NCBI RefSeq assembly: GCF_001194135.2
Contig: NC_068989.1
Span: 3,498,035 to 3,554,924 of the forward strand
Direction of reading: 5' to 3'
DNA length: 56,890 nt
Source of the DNA: Octopus bimaculoides
Taxonomy: Eukaryota
Below are positions 1 through 13,964 of the stretch, piece after piece. The number at the start of each line of letters is the position of its first letter. The stretch's first letter is position 1. The position numbers were made by a program, and so were the translations under genes. The notes beneath the pieces were generated by a model that saw only the letters and a list, made by a program, of their open reading frames with translations, ran no database searches and had not been told where the DNA came from.

Positions 1-290
1 ATAGCCTCGGGCCAACCAAAACCTTGTGAGTGGATTTGGTAGACGGAAACTGGAAGAAGCCTGTCGTATATGTATATATACATGTATATGTTTGTGTGTC
101 TGTTTGTCCCCCCAACATCGCTTGACAACCGATGCTGGTGTGTTTACATCCCCGTAACTTAGCGGTTCGGTAAAAGTGACCGATAGAATAAGTACTAGGC
201 TTACATGGAATTAGCTCTGGGGTCGATTTGCTCGACTAAAGGCGGTGCTCCAGCATGGCCACAGTCAAATACCTGAAATAAGTAAAGGAG
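1..290 (+). mobile_element. SINE family C with internal (TA)n/(TG)n microsatellite (5'-truncated by the window edge)
   Basis: CCAAAACCTTGTGAGTGGATTTGGTAGACGGAAAC...(TA)n...CTTAGCGGTTCGG...GGCGGTGCTCCAGCATGGCC; recurs about a dozen times in the window. Confidence 0.8.
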
Positions 291-977
291 TAAAGAGTCA
301 ACCTCGGTGGAATTAGAACTGAGAACGTAGCAGCAGATGAAATATTGCTAAGCATTTCACCCGGCATGCTAACGTTTCTGTCAGCTCACCACCTTAATAA
401 TAATAATAATAATACCCTACAATCTAGATGTATTGCAAAAGTCGGCATTGCTTGGAACTGCACGCATATTGTGTAAGGTACTGTCTGTCTGACGTCCGTG
501 TTGTGACTTGACAAACTGTACAAACCCCCAGCAGACACAATATCTTCAATCAACAACCTCGTGATATTGTGTACTGTCACCAGTCCTCAGTCAAATCGTC
601 CAACCCATGCTAGCATGGAAAGCAGACGTTAAACGATGATGATNNNNNNNNNNNNNNNNNNNNNNNNNNNNNNNNNNNNNNNNNNNNNNNNNNNNNNNNN
701 NNNNNNNNNNNNNNNNNNNNNNNNNNNNNNNNNNNNNNNNNNNNNNNNNNNNNNNNNNNNNNNNNNNNNNNNNNNNNNNNNNNNNNNNNNNNNNNNNNNN
801 NNNNNNNNNNNNNNNNNNNNNNNNNNNNNNNNNNNNNNNNNNNNNNNNNNNNNNNNNNNNNNNNNNNNNNNNNNNNNNNNNNNNNNNNNNNNNNNNNNNN
901 NNNNNNNNNNNNNNNNNNNNNNNNNNNNNNNNNNNNNNNNNNNNNNNNNNNNNNNNNNNNNNNNNNNNNNNNNNNNN

Positions 978-1027
<50 letters not shown>

Positions 1028-2249
1028 ATATATATACACACACACCATCATTATCACCATTTAACATCCACTTGCTATGTCGGCATGAGCTGGATGATTC
1101 GACAGCATTCAGCAAGCCCCTGGGCTGTGTCAAGCTCCCATGTTGGCTTTGGCATGGTTTCAATGGTTGGATGCCCTCTGTCATGCTAATTACTCTACAG
1201 AGTGTACAGGGTGCTTAAAAGCACCATAATTTCTCTATATCTTCTGATGTGTGAAAGACTTTTAGATCTTTCTAGAAAGGCAATGTGGCCATTTCATGGA
1301 ATGTCTGCTACTGTGACCTTGCAAAGTGTAAATGACATCATTATAGGGTTTAACGATGATTACTTTCTTCACATCAATTTTTAATGAGCAAGTTTTTTTG
1401 TTGTTGTTGTTTTTTAAAAATTATAATGACCTCACACTAAAAGTAATTATTGTATTCGATCTTTTCTAAAAAGCAATATAACAACATAAACACAAATAAA
1501 CAACAACACACACGGCTGTTTCTCTCAAGTTCTTCAATGAATTAAATTCAATTTAAATAAGACAGAAAAACAACTCTTAACGAATAATTTATGAAAGAAA
1601 AAATTAACAGCATCATCAACATGATTGATAGCAAATAATGAACGTTAAATACTGTGAAACAACAAAACAAAAACAAGTATAATTAAAATTGTTATTTTGT
1701 TTTCAGTTATTCTATATTTCCTGAATTTCAAAAACCATTATTGTTTTCCATTAATGTTTTACTCAAACAATTTCTAGTAATATTTTTGTATTTTCCTGTA
1801 AAATAATGAGCTTTATCTAATTCTGAAGTACTTAGGTATTTAAAAAAGAATAACAAAACAAAGAAAAAGCTGTAGGTATTTATAATTGCTTGTAATATCA
1901 TAGACATCATCTCATATTCCATAACTTCATTTTCAGCACCATCTAATGTATACATAACACACACACACGTGTACATACATGTGCTTGTATATATTTATAG
2001 GTTTGGTGTTACGAACAGGAAAAACACAACTTAAAACAAGAGCATATATAATTTCTATTTAACCAGCAGAAGAGACTTCAGAGTGACTCAAAAGCCGACA
2101 GTTTTCTGCATTGGCATTTACCAAATTTTCATAAGTACCGATACACAAAACTTTCAGTCCTTGAGTCACTCTGCAACTTCTATTAACTACAAAAATACAT
2201 AAAGAAGAAAATTGGCAGTCCTGATTAGGACGATGTTACTGCCTTTTTT

Positions 2250-3030
2250 TTTAGCCCCAGGAAAACATTTCCAGCTGGCTACCGATGCACAACATGCATC
2301 ATAGTCTACTTTTCACTCTGAGCAAGAGGTCCTTTGTTACCAGCAGAGGCAGGAACTCTCTGAACTTTGCCCTGACTATTCTTATTCTAGCAGCTACACT
2401 CTCAGAGCATCCACCCCTACTACTGACTTGGTCACCTAGGCAATGGAAGCTATTAACTACTTCTAGTTTTCCCCCTGGCATGTGACAGAAGCTGTTTTCT
2501 TCACATTTTCAGTGTTTATTGCCCCTGTGCATCTGTCACACACAAAAACTATCTTCCCAGTTAGCCTTCCTTTGATATTACTTCACCTCTTATGTGTCCA
2601 TAGCTTACACTGGATACATCGTATGGAGTTTCTAGCTATGCCTTTTCTACAGATTAAGCAGGGCCATATACCTGAAGGGAATTGTGATTTGTCTGCCTTC
2701 CTACTTACTTAGACTTTGATTTTTGCTAGATTGACTCTAAGGCCCTTCACTTGCTTCCACACCTGAAACTTCTCCAGTTCTGGTAGTGACTCAGCAATTA
2801 GAGCAAGGTCATCAGCATAGAGGAGCTCCCAGAGGTATCCTGTCTTGAATTCTTCTGTTATTGCCTGGAGGACTATGATGAATAGGAGGGGGCTGAGGAC
2901 TGATCCTTGGTGGAGCCCTACCCGGAATTCTTCACTATACTCGTTGCCAACCCTCACCTTACTGACAGCATCCCTATACATGGCTTGTACAGCTCTCACT
3001 AATCACTCATCTATCCCTATCTCGGTAACT
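2250..3030 (-). mobile_element. RTE-type LINE reverse transcriptase fragment (decayed)
   Basis: GLHQGSVLSPLLFIIVL and LLYADDLALIAES motifs; downstream LEVVNSFHCLGDQV...ARIRIVRAKFREFLPLL; broken frames. Confidence 0.9.
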
Positions 3031-3145
3031 GAAGATTTCCAGTTTACCACATTACCCAGTTGAGATTCTAGTATGTATATTTAGCAAGCAGAATACTCCC
3101 TTGGCATATTTTCACCACACTCCTAACACAAACACACAAGATATA

Positions 3146-3578
3146 CAGGGTGCGATGGGTAAATTGTCACCATTTTATATTTTAAAATTCTGCACCATGT
3201 TACACAAGCAGGAGAACCCAGTCATGGTTGTCAGACAATTTCTGCAACCACATCACCCCTAACATTTGGTCACTTAACTCCCCAGATTGCAACCCCCTTG
3301 ATTATTATGCATGCGGCACAGTTGAGTGAAAGACCAACAAAACTCCTAGTAACACCAAAGATGAACTGAAGGCAAGGATTATGGCAGCATTCACCAATTT
3401 AAACAAGGAGACTGTCCAGAAGAGCTGTAGGAGATTCCAAAGTCGTCTGAGACCAACGACGATTTTATTGAATAGACTTTACTCTTTAGTATTTCAACTA
3501 AATATATCTGTTAAAATGAGATGTCATATTATTTTCAATTTTGTGTAATCTTGACGACAATCTATTCACTGCTCCCTG
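3146..3578 (+). mobile_element. Internally deleted Tc1/mariner-superfamily transposon
   Basis: TA-flanked imperfect TIRs (CAGGGTGCGATGGGTAAATTGTC / GACAATCTATTCACTGCTCCCTG); transposase C-terminus APCYTSRRTQSWLSDNF...WSLNSPDCNPLDYY...ELKARI with one stop. Confidence 0.85.
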
Positions 3579-4270
3579 TACATATATATGTGTGTTATCA
3601 ATAGTTTATCAAATAACTAACTTTCTCCTTAACCATAGTGAAGTTTGCTACTTAACATGGTGGTGGCAGTGTAGAGGTGTTTAGTGATAAGATGGTTGAA
3701 AACAGAGCAGATGACCTTTGCCTTTACTTGTATATATGTATGTATGCATACATAAGTGTCAATGAAGGTGTGAATGTGTGCATGTGTGTGTGTGTGTATG
3801 AGCAGGTATGCATGTGTGTGTGCAAATGCATGTATGTGTGCAAATGCAAGTGTGTATATGCATGTGTGTGTATGCATGTGTGTGTATGTATTTGTATATG
3901 TATGTATGTGTGTGAATGAATATAATTTGAGAGTGAGGGGCAGGAGATAGAAAAGGCGTCCAGCAGCTGATAGTTGAGGAGGAATGATGAGTGTGAGTGT
4001 GAGTGAGTGGAAGTAGCGTCAATAATATATCAAATAGCAATGAACCCGAACAGTGAGGTTTGATTGATGATTGTGGTGATGGCAGAAATCTTAATGGCTG
4101 TGATATAATAGCTATCGGGCTGGTGGTAGTTGAAGTGGTGCTGATAGCAATAAAATGGTGGTGGAAATGGTAGCATAGGAGCCATGATTGTGCTGGAAAT
4201 GGTAGCAAGAAATAGAAGCAATCACTCAACTAGGGAATGTGATTTTGCATGTGACATATGAATGTGAGTG

Positions 4271-4312
<42 letters not shown>

Positions 4313-4569
4313 AGTGGGAGCGCATATACATCTGATCTGTGGATTTATGAGCATCAGTGTGTGCGTGTGTATATAAGCATGACTGAGCAAATATATACAA
4401 GTCAGTGTGTATACGAGTTTAAACTTGTATGTGTATATAAGTGTTTGTATGTGTGTGTGTGTGTGTGTGTGTATGCATGTGCATGCGTATATATCAATGT
4501 TTGAGATGTGTGTTAAGTGCCTGCATTGAAATGTGTTCAGCACTGATTGTGCAAGTGTAAGCACTGCCG

Positions 4570-4985
4570 TACATGATTGTTGGTATCTGTTAAATTCTTC
4601 ATTAACTCTGCCACAGTCTGTCCTAAGCCGGGTCAAGAAATAAGGAAGGTTGGTCATAAGACTGGTACCTTTACTCTGAAAAAAGACCCTCCCTCTACAG
4701 CAGAAACCCCTATGAACTTTCCAAACGAAGAGAACTAGCATGGGAGAGAAGGACTAATTCAACATGGATTGACCATGAAGGGTCCAGATCAAAATTGAAA
4801 GGACATCCAGATCCTGGTTGCCCAGGTTTTCCAAAGTGAACAAACCTTAAACGTCAACACTTGGAATGTCTGCCCCTTATATCAAAGAAGAAAGCTTTGA
4901 TATAAAGTCATTCAAGAAATGGCCAGATACAATCTGGACATACTGGGATGGAGTGGAATGAAAACTTGTGGCCCATTGCCATGAG
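4570..4985 (+). mobile_element. 5' portion of an RTE-like LINE with the start of an APE endonuclease
   Basis: LNVNTWNVCPLYQRRKL*YKVIQEMARYNLDILGWSGMK resembles the (G)TWNVRTL...EMARYxLDILGxSExR APE N-terminus; upstream boundary approximate. Confidence 0.65.
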
Positions 4986-6539
4986 GCTGGAGGAACCAGC
5001 TGACCATGTGTGTTACTGTGATAAGAACAGGGACTGTGATGGAAATTATAACATGAGTGACAAGAGGAAGAGAAAGAAAGACAAATGGACTCTGTGGGCC
5101 TTGGTGAAGGTGGTGTGCAAGTAACTAGTTCAGAGGAACAGAGGCCATTATGGTAGCAATGGAAAAGACAGAGAGAGAGGAAAGAGTGAACCTGTGTGCT
5201 AGTTTTTACTGCTGTTGTCATTTAGTCATAAGTCAGTCCTGAGTGGGGAAAAGTACGATCAAGTATATTTTGAGATGCGACAAGCTTGTTCTGAGCATCT
5301 AGAATTACAAAGCTTAATGACTTCTTTTTTTAAGGAGGGTGCGATGTAACAGTTATTGAATTATTTCTAGCAGGTCAAGTTACCATAGAAACTCTTGTAC
5401 GGATTCCTGTAAGGAGTCTTTGTACTGAGTTTGGGAGTGAATCAGTTGTCAATAAGTTGAATGGTTCTCAGGTTTCTGTTTGTCCACATGCACATATACA
5501 GTTTACATTTATCAAAAGGCATGTATACTTATGTGTGTATATGTATATACATACATGAGTCCCACCCATGCCAGCATGGAAAGCGGACACTAAATGATGA
5601 TGAAGTGTGTACATGTATGTAGTCATGTTAAGTGTACACAATTATTTATACATATGAATATTCAGAACACAATTGTAGATATAAGCTTTTCAAGTATATA
5701 ATTGTGTCTGTATCGTGTAAGTATGTAATGGTTATTGGCCAGTATGCGACGTGTACAAATATGTTTTTAATGTTTTGTTCGTGTTTGCCTAATAATTCAA
5801 ATACATTATGTGCATACAGCACCTAACTTCCTAGAATACAATCATTACTGCAAATCTAATGCCCTTTGCAAAAGCTGCACAAGTTTTCCTGTAAATATCT
5901 TATTTTTTAAACAAACCTGTTTTCAAAAAAAAAAAAATAACGCCCTCAAACACACACAAAAAGATATTAATAAAAAAAATATCAAAAGTAAATAACTAAC
6001 CACTTTGTACACAGTTTGTAATAAAAGGTTTTTATAGTCAAGTACATTCTCCATTTAACACATTTTCATATCACCTTTCGGCACACCTGAAAGCCCATTG
6101 CTCTAATGCAAATTCTATCAAACCGGTAACCATTAGTACATTACTGTTTGTTGTGCTTCACCAAATATGTCTTTGCCATCATTGGCCACCAACACTCTGC
6201 AATTGTTTACAGGAAAGTTGAAAAGAACAGTGGCATTGCTAAAGTGATTAATATGAAACCTTTATCTACCTGCGAATGTGTTCCTGCTTTGGTGAGAATG
6301 TATTCCAATTCTAACGAGACTGAGTTGGGTGAGGTGTGAAAAGGAGAGCAAGTTGAGTTTAATATTGGAGGTATCAGAAAATTGAAATGATGTAAGTATT
6401 TGTAAAAAGGTGAAAAAGAGAAATACTTTTCCGCATGAATATATCTTTTATCATTTGTTTGTTTCGGTCATTAGACTGTGGCCATGTTGGGGCATCACCT
6501 TGAAGAATTTTAGTCAAACAAATCGACCTCAGTATTTAC

Positions 6540-6653
6540 ATGGGTTCCAGGTTCAGTCACACGGTGTGGCACCTTGGGCAAGTGTCTTCTACTATAGCCT
6601 CCGGCCAACCAAAGCCTTGTGAGTGGATTTGGTAGACAGAAACTGAAAGAAGC

Positions 6654-6710
<57 letters not shown>

Positions 6711-6787
6711 GTATATGTGTGCGTGTTTACATCCCCATAACCTAGTGGTTTGGCAAAAGAGACTGATAGAATAAGTACTAGGCTTAC
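6540..6787 (+). mobile_element. SINE family C copy running into a gap
   Basis: Same head, central (TA)n and tail. Confidence 0.8.
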
Positions 6788-7611
6788 NNNNNNNNNNNNN
6801 NNNNNNNNNNNNNNNNNNNNNNNNNNNNNNNNNNNNNNNNNNNNNNNNNNNNNNNNNNNNNNNNNNNNNNNNNNNNNNNNNNNNNNNNNNNNNNNNNNNN
6901 NNNNNNNNNNNNNNNNNNNNNNNNNNNNNNNNNNNNNNNNNNNNNNNNNNNNNNNNNNNNNNNNNNNNNNNNNNNNNNNNNNNNNNNNNNNNNNNNNNNN
7001 NNNNNNNNNNNNNNNNNNNNNNNNNNNNNNNNNNNNNNNNNNNNNNNNNNNNNNNNNNNNNNNNNNNNNNNNNNNNNNNNNNNNNNNNNNNNNNNNNNNN
7101 NNNNNNNNNNNNNNNNNNNNNNNNNNNNNNNNNNNNNNNNNNNNNNNNNNNNNNNNNNNNNNNNNNNNNNNNNNNNNNNNNNNNNNNNNNNNNNNNNNNN
7201 NNNNNNNNNNNNNNNNNNNNNNNNNNNNNNNNNNNNNNNNNNNNNNNNNNNNNNNNNNNNNNNNNNNNNNNNNNNNNNNNNNNNNNNNNNNNNNNNNNNN
7301 NNNNNNNNNNNNNNNNNNNTGTATATATATATATATATATACAGATGACTTATAGAATAAGAGGTTTCTATTTTGGCAAACCATCCACCACCACCACCAC
7401 TACCAGAGTAAAACAATTCCAAGCTAATTTGGCACTAAGCCACAGAGTTGTCCCCCGTACTCACCTCACTTTCTGAGTATGTATATCTGCATATATATAT
7501 GTGTATATCCTTATACACATGTGCATATATTATATACACCCACGCATCCACACATGTAATATACATCTGTGCATATAAACATACACAAACAAATATGTGT
7601 GTATGTGTATG

Positions 7612-7652
<41 letters not shown>

Positions 7653-8404
7653 GTAGTAAATGTATGGGTATATAACATATACACACAGAGACTCATATGA
7701 ATCTTCCTGCTCACTTCGTCTTCCTCATTGCCCTATTGACATATAGGTGAGACAGCAGGAGCTAGTTCAGAGTCTGAACCTAACAAACAGCAAACTCTGT
7801 ATCTCTTGCCAAGTAACTTCTATTAATTACTTATAATTATTATGACAAGTTACTTGATACGAGATGCAGGTTGTTGTAGATGCTGAGATGAGGCACTGAA
7901 CTAGTAACTTGAAGTAATAATAAATTGTGGTGCCTAAGTCCACCTACTTAAGCTTAACCACGAAGATGTTGCAATAAAATATAATTAGCAGAAGTTGCGC
8001 ATAAGAAAAGATATGCTTAAAGTGAAACGAAAACTTCAGTTATAATTTCTGCAGATGTAGATTTGCAGATTTTTTATTTTCTGGAGAACGCCAATGTTAT
8101 AGAAACAAACGCTTGTTGGAAACATGCCAGTGTCACAGAATCACAGACACCAGAAAACAAAACCAAAAAAAGAAAGAAACGAAATTGTTCATGCCAAGTC
8201 ATTGAAATATAAAAGATGTGTGGCCTCAGCTTGAGAATGGAGAAAATTATAAATCTGTATCCAAGGGAACTTGTGGAGGTCTGTGCAGATGTGAAGTTTG
8301 AAAATTTGGATTGATGATGTTGTAGATTAATCTCAAGTAATCTTTCATCAAGCAACAAGACTGATCAAAGATATTCTGGCCATGACCATTTCTTTTTTTT
8401 TACT

Positions 8405-8745
8405 TTCTTTTGCTTGTGTTGGTCATTGGATTGTGGCCATGTTGGGGCACCACCTTTAAAAGATTTTAATCAAACACATCAAGCCTGGTACATATTCCAT
8501 CAGTCCCTTTTGCTGAAATGTCAAGTTATGAGGACATAAACAGACCAACACTGCTTGTCAAGCAGTGGTAGGGAATACACACACACACAACAGGCTTCTT
8601 TCAGTTTCCATCTACCAAATCCACTCACAAGGCTTTGGTTGGCCCAGGACTACAGTAGAAGACACTTGCCCAAGATGCTCAGAATGGGACCAAACCCAAG
8701 GCTACATGGTTGGGAAGCAAGCTTTCTTAACCACACAGCCAGACC
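8405..8745 (-). mobile_element. SINE family C copy
   Basis: Reverse complement of family C with central (CA)n. Confidence 0.75.
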
Positions 8746-10215
8746 TATAAAACTACATTGGCATAAAGACCCCCTCCTGTCATGAATAACCACAAGATTG
8801 CACCTAGAAGGTTCCCTTCAGAAGCACAAGTCTGGATAAGGTCGTTTATGGAAATAACATGTATGAGTCTGTTTGTTATTTCCAACAGGTCAAGCAACAA
8901 TGCAGAAAGCTCTTTGTTGGCAAAGAAAATTTGGTTAAGTTCATTTACTGTAGAGAGACAAACTTTATTAAGAATATGGAGCCAGAGGCTTACTAACTAA
9001 AGATACTAGCCAGTTCTGCAAATTCCTGAAACAATGCCAAAATCTAAATGTTGCAGCATCTTTGGGGAACCACCTTAGTATAAAACACCACTGCAGAGAG
9101 ACGATGGAAGGAAAAGACTCCAGTTAAAAGCTGATTTCTCAAAATCTTTAACATGCTGTTATGTTAGGGGAGGAAGCCCTGAAGACAGAAAATGAGGACG
9201 GACAAATCAAACGTAAGGGGAAAAAGTTTTTCTGCTTTAGCATGTACGAAATCAAAATACAGAAGTTGTTGGCAAACAGGTGATATGAGACTTGCCTTGA
9301 CAAGAATTCACCCCAGAATTGATGAGTTTGTTAATAAATATAACATTTTTTATCTTTTACTAGTTTCAGTCATTAGACTACAGCCATGGGAAACGGGACA
9401 CACACACACACACACACCATTTTAAAGAATTTTTAGTCAAATGAATCAACCCCAGCACTTATTTTATAAAAGCCTGTTGCTTATTCTATCAGTTAATTTT
9501 GCTGAATCACTAAGCATCCAGCTGTAGAAACTATGCCAAAGCAGACGCTGAGGTTCGACACAGCCTTACAGCTCACCAGACCCTGCCAAACGCTCCAATC
9601 CTTGCCAGCATGAACCACAGACATCAATTTGTATATCTTTTACAAGTTTCAGTCATTTGACTTCGGCCATGCTGGGGCACCGCCTTGAATTAGTTGCAAA
9701 AAAAAAAATACCAGTACTAAATTTTTAAAGCCTGGTATTTATTTTATCGATATTTTTTGCCGAACCGCTAAGTTACTGGGATTCCGTCTACCAAATTCAC
9801 TGACAAGGAATTAGTCAGTTCGGAGGTATAGTAGAAGACACTTGTCCAAGGAGACACGCAGTGAGACAGAACTCAAAACCACATAGTTACAGAGAGAGCT
9901 TTGTAACCACGTAGCCATGTCTGCACCTATATTGTACAGTTAGCTTTCTAAACTTGAGTGACACCATTTTGAAAGAAGAATTCAATTTGTTTTGTTTATT
10001 ATAAACCTCCAATTCATTTGGGGAGTTGCAGAGTGTTCGTCTACAGCCCTGAAAGTTATAAAACTGACTTAAAACAGAGAGAGGAGTAAAAACAATAGAG
10101 GGAACTGGAAGCAAAATGAAAAGAGAATGGTATTGGAGGAAGTGTTTATTTACATAGAAAGTAGCTTTAAAATAATGGCAACATGTTGAGAGAAAGAGAG
10201 AGAGAGTACAAGGGC

Positions 10216-10246
<31 letters not shown>

Positions 10247-12176
10247 GCACAAATGTGTGCGTGTATGCATGTATTGATACCTATGTACGTGTACATATTA
10301 CATAGACACACACGTCCGTGTGTGTATGGGTGGGATGTAAATGCATGTAAGTATATATAATAAATATGTCGCAGTGACTAGCGATTCGGCAAAATCAACC
10401 GATAAAATAAGTACCAGACTTAAAGTACAGGAGTTGATTTGTTCAATTAAGCTTACTAGCCTGTGCTCCAGTATGGCTGCGGTCCAATAATTGAAACAAG
10501 AAGGAGGATAGATAGATAGATAGATAGATAGATCCACGTAAATATATCTAGACCAGTGGTTCCCAACCTTTTTACTATCAAGGACTCCTTTTATTTTAAT
10601 GAGTTTTCCCACGCTTATCCTTATCCTTCACAAACTCGGAACAACGATTTAAGAATCTGTTTCATTGATTTCTTTATTCAGAAATATCAATGAAACATCT
10701 TTTTTCTAGGATTTACTATATAGAAAAAGAGGGAGAAGAACGAAAGCAGAGAGAAAAACGAAAACTGAAAGAGCAGACGCCCCTTCGTTCAACAGCAGAC
10801 GATCCTTCCTTTAACAGCAGGCGCGTTTAAGATTACATAAAATAAGTATGAATGAATCGGAACAGGAAACATTTTGGGTTTTTTTTCTGTCTTTGTTTTT
10901 CTTTTCTTGTTTTACAGCTGATACCGCTCCTATTTCCAGACGGAAAAGAATTTCAAGTGACAAATTCCTCCTTCCCACCAAATGTATAACCAAACGACCG
11001 CCATCTTTTCTGCCCTCCCATTCCGAAAAAAACAAAAAAACTCCAGAATAAATGTTGGAATTATCATTATTATTATTATTAGTTTATTATATTTTCTTTA
11101 GTCCTGTATTTATCTTCTTCATTCTCCTCAGCCAAAAACGCACTCTATTTCCGCTCGAAACAACGAAATATTTATATATAATGGTTTAACAATGGCGCAT
11201 CATTTCAATTTATTTTTGTATAATTTCCTACTAACTTAAAAAAACATTTTACACAAGCCAAAAGATTAGTTTCATCGTGTATGTATATACGTACACACAG
11301 ATTATATATATACTTTACACACACACATATATATATACTTTAGTTTGATAAATGCTATACACGAAACTTTTGGTCATTGAGTTACTTTCCCCGATTAAAA
11401 ATTGTGTATTGAGTTCTATTTATTCTGTTTGGTTCATTATATAGAGGAAGGACGTTTTTGACTTTAAGAAATATATTTTTATATGTTCACAAACTGACAA
11501 AAACTATATCAGCGAAGCAAACGATCTTCTTTAAATGCATTAAAAACATTGTAACAAAATCTGAACATTATCTTCAGGAAATTATTACCGCTCTGTTTGA
11601 GAATATAAAAGAGGAATTTAGATGGGGCAAAATGAGTCAGCCACGAAAGGTAAATTTGCCGCTTCAATTCTCCAGAATTACATCTGAAAACATAACTCAT
11701 ATACATCAATATCCATTCTTAGACATCAGAAAAATCAGAAAAGCAGCAAAAGTTTAGGATATCTAGGTTAATTGAAAGCAGGCGGGAGAAAATGGTGCAT
11801 ATGAAATTAACGAAACTCGACTAAATAAAAAGAAAAACTCAACATAAAATATTCTCTATAGCTTCTTCACGATCTGCTGGAGTGTCTCTCTTCGTGATAT
11901 ATTTACACACCATGCAGTTAAAGAGGAGAAATTATCGAAATTAGTCATTATTCATTTACCCCATTTTAAGCACATTCTGACACTTGTTTAATGGTAAAAA
12001 CTGACTTGGAATCCAACAGAGAAAAGAAATATCCATTATTAAACACCCAAAATTATCCAGATATCTTAGCAAACTGAAGTTGAAAAATTCCTTGAAAAAT
12101 TTTTTTTAAAATAAAGGCCCTGTCACCTGACTATGTTCCAAACCCTAACTCGGAGTCCCTTAACTGTAACAACTGT

Positions 12177-12539
12177 TGTTGGCACTCCGTCGTTTACGAC
12201 GACGAGGGTTCCAGTTGATCCGATCAACGGAACAGCCTGCTTGTGAAATTAACGTGCAAGTGGCTGAGCACTCCACAGACACGTGTACCCTTAATGTAGT
12301 TCTCGGGGATATTCAGCATGACACACAGTGTGACAAGGCTGACCCTTTGAATTACAGAAACAGGAAGAAAGAGTGAGAGAAAGTTGTGGTGGAAGAGTAC
12401 AGCAGGGTTCACCACCATCCCCTGCCGGGGCTGTAGGTGTTTTCGCTCAATAAACACACACAACGCCCGGTATGGGAATCGAAACCGCGATCCTATGACC
12501 GCGAGTCCGCTGCCCTAACCACTGGGCCATTGCGCCTCC
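12177..12539 (-). mobile_element. tRNA-derived SINE, family A, full-length copy
   Basis: Minus-strand head GGAGGCGCAATGGCCCAGTGGTTAGGGCAGCGGACTCG...GTTTCGATTCCC with A/B-box-like motifs; near-identical copy at 13578-13964. Confidence 0.85.
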
Positions 12540-12544
12540 TATAA

Positions 12545-12577
<33 letters not shown>

Positions 12578-13577
12578 CCTACATTCATATACGTAAGTTC
12601 GAATTACATACAAAGTACCTTAGAATAAGTTGCCTATTGTTAAAATGTGTGACGTAGATTCATTTTCTCGTTGAAGACATTACTTTCCACTCAGTGACAT
12701 TGTTACTGAGGGGAAAGTCACGGATGTTATAAACTTACCAGTTCCGTTTCTTTTCATGGAAACATTATCACGTATGACGAAGCGAAGCAAACACGGCCAA
12801 CATTAATGGATCTCTATCACTAATCTCTAGCTATCCCCCCCTCTCTCTAATCTCTGTCTTTCTCCTCCCCCTCCCTCTCTGACACTGCGCATTTGTCTCA
12901 TTCTACCTCTCTGTCTTTCTCTTCCCCCTCACACTCCGTCTTTACCTTATCCTATCTCACCTCTTTCCCATTTCACTCTTCGTCTTCCTTCAACCTACCC
13001 CTCTCTTTGACTCTATCTCTTTGATGTCTCTATCTTTCCTTTCACCCTATCGCCTCTTTTAACCTTTCTCTCTCTGTCCGTCCGTCCGTCCGTCCATCCT
13101 GTCACCCTCATCTTTATAACCCATTTATCACTCATTCTCGCGCCCATATCGTTCATTCTAAAAAGGACCTTGAAAAATTACTTGGCATTTGTTAAGTTGA
13201 AAGATGAGACAGATGACATCAAACAACCGACTCATTTCTGAATTTTGGTCTTTTGTTAAAAGACATTTTAAACTTTCGTTTCTGCTACTTGATACAATCC
13301 AGGTATATTAGAGCAACGGTTATCATTTCATATTGATGAGTCATCGAGACACAATTCGTTACGAATCACGAAATGAAATACAAAACTTAATAATTCATTC
13401 TTTTATTGGCCACAAGGGCTAATATATATTATACATAAAAGGCATTACAAGACAATACAAAACGTTTTCACATTCGTGCAAACAATAGTGAATGGAAATA
13501 ATAATAAATAGAAGTCAGATTATAAATGTACTCCAATATTTAACTTTACTCTGAGTTTAAATACTCTCATGGGCTAA

Positions 13578-13964
13578 TAGATGTTGGCACTCCGTCGCTT
13601 TCGACGACGAGGGTTCCAGTTGATCCGATCAACGGAACAGCCTGCTCGTGAAATTAACGTGCAAGTGGCTGAGCACTCCACTGACACGTGTACCCTTAAC
13701 GTAGTTCTCGGGGGATACTCAGCGTGACACAGTGTGACAAGGCTGGTCCTTTGAATTATAGGCACAACAGAAACAGGAAGTAAGAGTGAAAGAAAGTTGT
13801 AGTGAAAGAGTACAGCAGGGTGCTCCACCATCCCCTGCTGGAGCCTCGTGGAGCTTTAGGTGTTTTCGCTCAAGAAACACTCACAACGCCCGGTCTGGTA
13901 ATCGAAACCGCGATCCTATGACCACGAGTCCGCTGCCCTAACCACTGGGCCATTGCGCCTCCAC
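13578..13964 (-). mobile_element. tRNA-derived SINE, family A, full-length copy
   Basis: Colinear and highly similar to 12177-12539. Confidence 0.85.

Noticed and set aside
1202-1976. Short ORFs 1202-1384(+) and 1728-1976(-) as exons
   Set aside because: No recognisable family and no consistent splice-site pairs.
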